Source of the DNA: an uncultured Chloroflexia bacterium
GTDB lineage: Bacteria > Chloroflexota > Limnocylindria > Limnocylindrales > CSP1-4
NCBI GenBank assembly: GCA_963845925.1
Contig: CAWJUA010000013.1
Span: forward strand, 33,507 to 97,506
Direction: 5' to 3'
Length of the DNA stretch: 64,000 bases
In this document: positions 57,568 through 64,000 of the stretch, piece by piece
Numbering within the stretch: the stretch's first letter is position 1
How the letters are laid out: each line of letters begins with the position of its first letter
Notes under the pieces: model-generated
What the model was told of the DNA's origin: nothing
The model's database searches: none
What the model saw: the letters and a program-made list of their open reading frames with translations, nothing else
Position numbers and translations under genes: made by a program

Positions 57568-59397
57568 ATGACCGACGAACAGCCCGAGGCGGTCGCACCG
57601 ACCGGACCCGCCCCGTCGATGTTCGCGGTGTTCCGCAACCATGACTTCCGCTACCTCTGGAGCGCGCAGCTCGTCTCGACGATCGGCTCGTCACTGACCG
57701 ATCTCGCCGCGGGCATCCTCATCTTCCAGAAGACCGGTTCCGCGCTGGCCGTCGGGCTGATGCTCATGGCGACCGCGATCCCCAGCCTCTTCGTGGGACT
57801 CCTCGCCGGCGTCTTCGTCGACCGGTTCAGCCGCAAGAAGATCATGATCGCGTCGGACCTGATCCGGTCAGTGCTCGTCTTCAGCATCCCGTTCCTCATC
57901 CAGATCAACATCCTCCTGCTCTACGTGGTCGTGATCCTGGCGAGCAGCGTGAAGCAGTTCTTCGACCCGGCCCAGCAGAGCGTGCTGCCGGACGTCGCGT
58001 CGGAGGAGGAGCTCGCCGCGGCGAATGCATTCCTGTCGATCAGCTCGTTCGGCTCGACCGCGATCGGCTTCGCCGCCGCCGGGTTCCTGGCCTCGACCGG
58101 CGAGATCGCGGTCGCCTTCTACGTGGACGCGCTGACGTTCCTCATCTCGGCGGCGTGCGTCTCGTTCGTGAAAATCGCGCCGATGCTCGTCGAAGAGGAG
58201 ACGAGCGTCAGGGCGGTCGTCGCCAACCTCAAGTCGGGCGTCGGCATGCTCGTCCGAACGCCGATCCTGCGCTCGACGCTGATCGTCTTCGCGCCGGTGC
58301 TCTTCGCGTTTGGCCTGTGGAACGTGCTGCTGCTGCCGTTCGCCGTCGAGACACTCGGCGGCACCGAATTCCAGTACGGGCTCCAGGAGGGCCTGACGTC
58401 GCTCGGCTTCGTCTTCGGCAGCCTGCTGATGGCGAAGTACATCGAGCGGCTGCCCGAGGGCACCTGGATGGTGATCAGCTTCACCGTGATGGGCATCGTC
58501 GGCGTCCTGTACGGGCTCGCCACGAACATCTGGATCGCGATCGTCCTGGTCACGATCTCGGGATTTTCCCAGCCGCCGTCCTCGATCTCCCGGTCGCTTG
58601 TCCTCCAGCGCAACACGCCGCGGGAGTACCGCGGGAGGGTCTTCTCGGCGTTCTTCGTGTCGCGCGACGTGCTGTTCCTGACCGGCATGGCGGTCGCCGG
58701 CCTCGCGGACGTCATCGAGATCCGGGTGCTGATCGTGCTCTCCGCGCTGATCCTCCTCGGCGCGGCGGTGCTGACCCAGTTGATGCCCGGCCTCGGCCGG
58801 CCGGCTGCCGAGTGGCGGCGGGCGATCCAGCTGCTCCGGACCGCGCCCGCGGTGGCCGGTCCGGCAACCGTCCGGCCCGCGACGATGCTCGACTTCGACA
58901 AGCTCGCGATCCGCCTGCCGGCCCTGGCCCTGCTCGAGGAATCGCGGCGTGAGAGCTTCGTCGCCAAGGCCACGGTCCGGGAGGCCGAGGCGGGCTCGAC
59001 GATCGTCAAGCAGGGCGACGCCGGCGACGCCGCGTACTTCATCCTCGGCGGCTCGGTCGTCGCCGGGACGCCCGACGAGGACGGCTCCTACCGCTCGCTG
59101 TCCTCGATGGGCGAGGGCGACTTCTTCGGCGAGATCGCCGCGCTCACCGGCAGCCGCCGGACGGCGAATGTCGTCGCCGACCAGCCCTCGACGCTGCTCG
59201 AGGTCCCGGCCGCGACGCTCCGGAGCGTCATGGACGTCCCGGCGCTCAGCTCGCTCTTCCTGTCGACGCTGACCGAGCGGCTGACCCGGACCCAGAGCAA
59301 CGCCGACCGGCCGCGGCTCGCGAGCAACGACCAGGAGGCGCTGCGCGACCTGCGGACGCCGAAGCCGACCGTCGAGGCGCTGCCGAAGTCGTACTGA
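57568..59397 (+). CDS. MFS transporter fused to a C-terminal cNMP-binding domain
   Basis: About 12 TM segments and GVFVDRFSRK motif A; tail with GDFFGEIA and RRTANV. The start could be 57517. Confidence 0.9.
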   Translation: MTDEQPEAVAPTGPAPSMFAVFRNHDFRYLWSAQLVSTIGSSLTDLAAGILIFQKTGSALAVGLMLMATAIPSLFVGLLAGVFVDRFSRKKIMIASDLIRSVLVFSIPFLIQINILLLYVVVILASSVKQFFDPAQQSVLPDVASEEELAAANAFLSISSFGSTAIGFAAAGFLASTGEIAVAFYVDALTFLISAACVSFVKIAPMLVEEETSVRAVVANLKSGVGMLVRTPILRSTLIVFAPVLFAFGLWNVLLLPFAVETLGGTEFQYGLQEGLTSLGFVFGSLLMAKYIERLPEGTWMVISFTVMGIVGVLYGLATNIWIAIVLVTISGFSQPPSSISRSLVLQRNTPREYRGRVFSAFFVSRDVLFLTGMAVAGLADVIEIRVLIVLSALILLGAAVLTQLMPGLGRPAAEWRRAIQLLRTAPAVAGPATVRPATMLDFDKLAIRLPALALLEESRRESFVAKATVREAEAGSTIVKQGDAGDAAYFILGGSVVAGTPDEDGSYRSLSSMGEGDFFGEIAALTGSRRTANVVADQPSTLLEVPAATLRSVMDVPALSSLFLSTLTERLTRTQSNADRPRLASNDQEALRDLRTPKPTVEALPKSY

Positions 59398-59435
59398 GGC
59401 CCCACCTCGCGACGTCCGGCACCGCGGATGCCGGG

Positions 59436-59451
59436 TGTGTCGCAGTTGACA
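59436..59451 (+). promoter_or_regulatory. Putative CRP-type site TGTGT-N6-TGACA upstream of the repeat peptide gene
   Basis: Two mismatches to TGTGA-N6-TCACA; -10-like TAGGGT at 59497. Confidence 0.45.
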
Positions 59452-59559
59452 ACCCTTCGGTCGCGGGCGGCATCGGCCGCTCGCCTGCGAGTCGCGTAGG
59501 GTACGGAACACAGATCGGCAAAATGGCGAACTGGCGGACGGAAGAGGGAAGGGGCTGAC

Positions 59560-59988
59560 ATGGACATCAACCGTCGCATCCCCCACGAGCAGGCCAAGGT
59601 CACCGACGACGGGCTCCCTGACGACGTGCACGTCGTCGAGGACACCGAGGCCCACGTTCACCTGACGACCGACTCGGCCAAGGTCATGAACCGAGCTCCC
59701 GACGACGTGGGCCCTGACGACGTCCATGTCGTCGAGGACACCGAGGCCCACGTTCACCTGACGACCGACGACCTGACGGTCAACCCCGGCACCGGCGGCG
59801 ACTTCGCCCCGCGCCGGCCGTCGACCGGCGGCGAGCTCATCGACGAGAACGACGTCGAGGCCCACGTTCACCTGACGACCGACGACCTGACCGTCAACCC
59901 CGGCACCGGCGGCGACTTCGCCCCGCGCCGGCCGTCGACCGGCGGCGAATTCATCGACGAGAACGACGTCGAGGGTCACACCCAGTAG
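59560..59988 (+). CDS. Acidic repeat protein with four D-[TV]-E-[AG]-H motifs
   Basis: GAAGGGG RBS; motif spacings of 96, 114 and 114 bp; hairpin downstream. Confidence 0.8.
   Translation: MDINRRIPHEQAKVTDDGLPDDVHVVEDTEAHVHLTTDSAKVMNRAPDDVGPDDVHVVEDTEAHVHLTTDDLTVNPGTGGDFAPRRPSTGGELIDENDVEAHVHLTTDDLTVNPGTGGDFAPRRPSTGGEFIDENDVEGHTQ
59743..59979 (+). repeat. 114-bp near-identical tandem repeat in frame
   Basis: Units begin at 59743 and 59857, and a partial third unit begins at 59971. Confidence 0.9.
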
Positions 59989-60015
59989 GAACGCCTCACG
60001 TCCTTCGCCATATCG

Positions 60016-60046
60016 ACGCCCCGCCGGCCAGCCGACGGGGCGTTTC
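60016..60046 (+). terminator. Terminator-like hairpin between convergent genes
   Basis: ACGCCCCG...CGGGGCGT followed by TTC. Confidence 0.6.
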
Positions 60047-60069
60047 GCTGCCCTGCGGTCGTGGCGCGG

Positions 60070-60930
60070 TCAGCGCGCCGGCCGGTCCGTCCTCGGCTCC
60101 GTGGCCGCGTCGGCCGTCGCCGCGAGGATCGTCTTGACCTCGAACGGGCTGGCGCCGGGGTGGGTCGCCCGAATCCGCGCCGCGTAGCCCGCGATGTGCG
60201 GTGCGGCGAAGCTGTTGCCCGTTGCGACGATCCGGCCGCCGCCCTTCCAGGCGACGTCGACATCGAGCCCGTATGCCCCGAACTCGACCGGCGGCTGCGG
60301 GTTGTAGAACCAGACGCCGGGGTCGCGGACGTCGTGGGCGGCGACCGAGACGACCGCCGCGAACAGCGACGGGTAGCTGGCGACCGCGATGTTGTTCGCG
60401 GCGCAGACGAGCAGCACGCCGGCGAAGTAGGCCCGGTCGGCCAGGTCGTGGAAGACGCCGAACATCGCGTCGCTGCGCGACGACAGGCTGAGGTTGATGA
60501 TGCCGGCCCCCTGGTCGATCGCCCACTCGAGGCCGGCCGCGAACGCGGTGCCCTTGCCCCGGTTGTCGGGGCCGAGCACCCGGACCGAGACGATGTCGGC
60601 GTCCGGCGCCAGGGCATGGACGATCGACGCGACTGCCGTCCCGTGGCCGACGACGTCGACCGCATCGTCGTCGACGACCGTCGCGTCCTCGCCATCGAGC
60701 TCGACGCGGACGCTCTTCCGGAGCGCGCTACCGATCGCCGGGTGGCCGCCCTCGACGCCCGAGTCGACGACCGCGACCGTGATGCCGGCGCCCCGGCCGT
60801 CACCGAACGCCCAGTCGCGATCGAGCCGGCCTAGCGGGGCGAGGCGCTCCAGGCCGGCCCGGTGGTCGGTGGCGAACGGCGCGCTCCATGCCGGAAGCGA
60901 GCCGTCGCCGGAGGGGATCGGGCCGGTCAC
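60070..60930 (-). CDS. S8 (subtilisin-like) serine peptidase without a signal peptide
   Basis: VVDSG (Asp), HGTAV (His), AANN and GNSFAAP (Ser). Confidence 0.92.
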   Translation of the reverse strand: MTGPIPSGDGSLPAWSAPFATDHRAGLERLAPLGRLDRDWAFGDGRGAGITVAVVDSGVEGGHPAIGSALRKSVRVELDGEDATVVDDDAVDVVGHGTAVASIVHALAPDADIVSVRVLGPDNRGKGTAFAAGLEWAIDQGAGIINLSLSSRSDAMFGVFHDLADRAYFAGVLLVCAANNIAVASYPSLFAAVVSVAAHDVRDPGVWFYNPQPPVEFGAYGLDVDVAWKGGGRIVATGNSFAAPHIAGYAARIRATHPGASPFEVKTILAATADAATEPRTDRPAR

Positions 60931-61796
60931 CGCCCGGACCGGCGCCGCGACCGCGCGTCGCCTCGCTCCGCCCGCCGGACGAGGACACCGAGCAGCTCAC
61001 GGACGAGATCGAGCTCACCGGGATCAGCAGCCCGAAGGCGGGCGATCTCGTCGGCGAGGCTCCACAGCGCGCCATCCTCCTCGCGGGCCAGCATCGCGAC
61101 GGCGTCGGCGACGACCGCGTCGACGTCGCGGGCGACATCGCCGGCGCCGGACCCGCTGGCTGCGACGCCGTCCCCGGCGATGGCCGTCAGCGCCGATGCC
61201 AGCAGGCTGGCCGCATCGCGCTCGAGCCGGCTCGCCCGGATCGCGACGGCCGCCTGGCGGGCGAACACCGCGGCGAGCTCGATGTCGCGCAGGTCGAACG
61301 CGGCCTGCGACCGCCGGTCGAGGACCTCGAGCACGCCGATCGAGCCCTCGTCGTCGAGGAGTGGCACGGCGACGACGGACCGCGGCACGTAGCCGGTCTG
61401 CTCGGCGGCCGACCGGCCGAAGCGGGCGTCGTTCGCGACGTCCGAGAGCGCGAGCGGCAGGCCGGTCGAGAACACGTAGCCGGCGATCCCCTGGTCGGGC
61501 CCGATCGCCAGCCCGACGACGCCGTCGCCCTGGCTGCCGGCCGCGACCTGGAACACGAGCCGCCCCGACGCCGGGTCGTAGAGCGCGATCGAGGACGCCT
61601 CGGCGTCGAACAGGGCGACCGTCGCCTCGACGATCGAGCGCAGCAGGAGCGTCGTCGTCGGCGGGGCGAGCCGGCGGCCGGCCTCGAGGCGGAGGGCGAT
61701 CGCGCGAACAGCCTCCAGCGCGCGCGCGGCCGTCGCGTCGTCCATGGATCGCCCCGTCGCGTCGTCGGTCGGGTCGCCGCCGGCCGGACCCGTCAC
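60927..61796 (-). CDS. GAF-domain protein with no output domain
   Basis: QGIAGYV, DARF, VPL, GVLEVLD and F...D.ELA. Confidence 0.88.
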   Translation of the reverse strand: MTGPAGGDPTDDATGRSMDDATAARALEAVRAIALRLEAGRRLAPPTTTLLLRSIVEATVALFDAEASSIALYDPASGRLVFQVAAGSQGDGVVGLAIGPDQGIAGYVFSTGLPLALSDVANDARFGRSAAEQTGYVPRSVVAVPLLDDEGSIGVLEVLDRRSQAAFDLRDIELAAVFARQAAVAIRASRLERDAASLLASALTAIAGDGVAASGSGAGDVARDVDAVVADAVAMLAREEDGALWSLADEIARLRAADPGELDLVRELLGVLVRRAERGDARSRRRSGR

Positions 61797-62497
61797 CGCT
61801 CGACCGTGCGCGCCAGCCGCTCCCGGTCGGTGACGACGAGGACGTCGTGCTCGATCCGGACGAGGCCCTCCTCGGCGAGGTCCGCGAGGAGCCGGTTCAC
61901 GGACTGGCGCGAGCCGCCGATCATGCCCGCCAGCTCGGACTGGGTGTAGGGCCAGCTGATCCGGATCGCGCCGTCGGGGTCGGGCTCACACTCGACTGAG
62001 AGCCGCAGGATCCGCGACGCGAGGCGGCCGGGCAGGTCGAGGAAGTGGAGGTCCTCGACGTGGCCGGTCAGGCGGCGGATCTCCGTCGCGAGGGAGGCCA
62101 GCAGCGCCCGGCGCAGCTCCGGCTCGCTGTCGATGAGGGCGAGGAACGCGTCGCGATGGAGGACGAGCGTCTCGGTCGGCTCGATCGCGACGATCGTGGC
62201 GGAATGCGGCGCGCCGTCGAGGATCGCCAGCTCGCCGAAGAACTCGCCCGCGCCCAGAACGGCGACGATCGCCGGCTCCGCGCCCTCGTCGGACGGCAGC
62301 ACGACCTTGACCGAGCCGCTCGCGACGATGAACAGCGCATCGCCCGGGTCGCCCTGGTGGAAGACCGTCTCGGCCTTGCGGAACCGTCGGATGCGGAGCG
62401 CGGCGGCGAGGGCGTCGAGAGTGGGCTCGTCGGCGTTGCCGAACAGCCCGCAACCGCGGAGAGCCTCTCGCGCGATGGATCCGCCGAGCACGGACAA
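61793..62497 (-). CDS. Crp/Fnr-family transcriptional regulator
   Basis: GEFFGELAIL, HSAT and the HTH TQSELAGMIGGSRQSVNR; start at 62497 or 62491. Confidence 0.93.
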   Translation of the reverse strand: MSVLGGSIAREALRGCGLFGNADEPTLDALAAALRIRRFRKAETVFHQGDPGDALFIVASGSVKVVLPSDEGAEPAIVAVLGAGEFFGELAILDGAPHSATIVAIEPTETLVLHRDAFLALIDSEPELRRALLASLATEIRRLTGHVEDLHFLDLPGRLASRILRLSVECEPDPDGAIRISWPYTQSELAGMIGGSRQSVNRLLADLAEEGLVRIEHDVLVVTDRERLARTVER

Positions 62498-62578
62498 GCG
62501 ACCTCCCCTGTGCCGTTCCAGAATTCCATCCTACGCGGTGCGACGCGTTTCGGCGGACGCCTCCCGTAGACTCCGCTC

Positions 62579-64000
62579 GTGGAGACCGTCGCCTGCCCGT
62601 CATGTGGCGAGGAGAACCCAGCCCGGTTCAAGCTGTGTGGGTTCTGTGGAACCGCGCTCGCCCCGGTCCCCGAGACGGTCTTCTGCTCGAACTGCGGCGA
62701 GGAGAACCCCTCGAAGTTCCGGCTCTGCGGCTTCTGCGGCACCTCGCTCGCGACCGCGACCGCGACGCCGCCCGCAGCGGGCTCGACGATGGTCGCCGCT
62801 CCGCCGGCCGCCGCGCCCGTCGCTCCCCCGCCACCGGTCGCCGCCGCCCTGCCGCCGACCGAGGTCCGCAAGCTCGTCACCCTCGTCTTCACCGACCTCA
62901 AGGACTCGACCGCCCTGACCGCCTCGATCGACGCCGAGGCGATGAACGAGATCAAGGCCCGCTACTTCGCCGCGATGGCCGCCGAGATCGAGCGCTACGG
63001 CGGTAAGGTCGAGAAGAACATCGGCGACGCGATCATGGCGGTCTTCGGTCGCGTCCGGGCCCGCGAGGACGACGCGATCCGGGGCGTCCAGGCCGCGGCC
63101 AGCATGGTCGACACGCTCCACGTCCTCAACGAGGAGTTCGCGAAGTTCTACGGCGTCCAGCTGACGGTCCGGACCGGCGTCAACACCGGCGAGGTCGTCG
63201 CGAACACCGACGAGCACGCGACGATGAACCTCGCGACCGGCGACGCGGTCAACGTCGCCGCCCGGCTCGAGCAGAACGCGCCGGCGAACGAGGTCCTGAT
63301 CGGCGAGGTCACGTACGCGCTGGTCCGCGACTACGTCGAGGCCGAGCGCGTCGAGCTGACGCTCAAGGGCAAGGCCGAGCCGGTGCCCGCGTACCTGCTG
63401 CGGGGCGTCCACGCCACGACCGCGGTGACGGCCCACCAGGACTCGCCGTTCATCGGCCGCGAGTTCGAGATGGACATCCTGAGCGGCGCGTTCGCCGAGT
63501 CGGTCGGGCAGCGCGGAGCCCGGATCGTCACGGTCATCGGCGACGCCGGCGTCGGGAAGTCCCGGCTGATCGGCGACTTCACCCGGCGCAAGGCGAGCGA
63601 GGCGTTGATCCTCCGCGGTCGATGCCTTGCCTACGGCGACGGCATCACGTTCTGGCCGCTGACCGAGATCGTGCGCCAGGCCGCGAAGATCGCGGAGGAC
63701 GACCCGCCCGATGCCGCCCGGACGAAGATCAGCGGCCTGATCGGGGATGCCGCAGATCGTGAGGTGATCGTCGACCGCGTCGCCTCGGCTGTCGGGCTCT
63801 CGACCGGCTCGTTCGCCGTCACCGATCTCTTCTGGGGAGCCCGACGGCTCCTCGAGTCGCTCGCTGCCGGGAAGCCGCTCGTCGTCGTCGTCGACGATAT
63901 CCACTGGGCGGAGGAGACCTTCCTCGACTTCCTCACCCACCTCGCCACGGCAGTCAAGGATCGCCCGATCCTGATCGTCTGCTCGGCGCGGCCGGAGCTC
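62579..64000 (+). CDS. Double zinc ribbon, class III adenylate/guanylate cyclase and P-loop ATPase protein (runs off the window)
   Basis: Hand translation from GTG 62579: four CxxC pairs, FTDLKDST, KNIGDAIM, GVNTG, GDAVNVAARL, FIGRE, GDAGVGKS and VVDDIHWA. Confidence 0.9.
   Translation, partial: METVACPSCGEENPARFKLCGFCGTALAPVPETVFCSNCGEENPSKFRLCGFCGTSLATATATPPAAGSTMVAAPPAAAPVAPPPPVAAALPPTEVRKLVTLVFTDLKDSTALTASIDAEAMNEIKARYFAAMAAEIERYGGKVEKNIGDAIMAVFGRVRAREDDAIRGVQAAASMVDTLHVLNEEFAKFYGVQLTVRTGVNTGEVVANTDEHATMNLATGDAVNVAARLEQNAPANEVLIGEVTYALVRDYVEAERVELTLKGKAEPVPAYLLRGVHATTAVTAHQDSPFIGREFEMDILSGAFAESVGQRGARIVTVIGDAGVGKSRLIGDFTRRKASEALILRGRCLAYGDGITFWPLTEIVRQAAKIAEDDPPDAARTKISGLIGDAADREVIVDRVASAVGLSTGSFAVTDLFWGARRLLESLAAGKPLVVVVDDIHWAEETFLDFLTHLATAVKDRPILIVCSARPEL

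Noticed and set aside
59620-59980. CRISPR-like repeat array
   Set aside because: Units are multiples of 3 within an ORF, two are near-identical throughout with no unique spacers, and no cas genes are present.

Overview
Very GC-rich bacterial chromosomal window; gene content and style suggest Chloroflexota or an Actinomycetota-like soil lineage (inference only). Left to right it holds: an acyl-CoA catabolic trio; a glycosyltransferase/flippase/kinase locus with a secreted beta-helix protein; ALDH, PPK2, ArsR and HerA-like genes; a repeat-bearing secreted protein; a branched-chain amino acid operon (ilvB-ilvN-ilvC-leuA-leuB-cimA-free regulatory domain-UbiB-like kinase-pheA) under a leader-peptide attenuator; leuCD, ilvD, fabD-fabF-fabF, copA, ogt; and a cyclic-nucleotide signalling cluster at the right edge. 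Two candidate undescribed systems stand out. (1) 34190-37918, minus strand, between ilvB and leuC: membrane GAF-GGDEF-EAL enzyme, DUF5317-like membrane protein with signal-peptidase-II-like Asp motifs, c-di-GMP-I riboswitch, two tiny signal-peptide-like ORFs sharing LAS-x-A-x4-AG-x-RW-x, and a terminator. I interpret this as a peptide-signalling loop coupled to c-di-GMP. (2) 57568-64000: MFS-cNMP transporter, D-[TV]-E-[AG]-H repeat peptide, cytoplasmic S8 protease, GAF-only protein, Crp and a zinc-ribbon/cyclase/ATPase protein, a putative cAMP-controlled peptide processing/export module. Several genes carry single-base frameshifts that are probably read errors. No rRNA, tRNA, CRISPR array or transposase was seen. 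Family names come from motif recognition, not from database searches.
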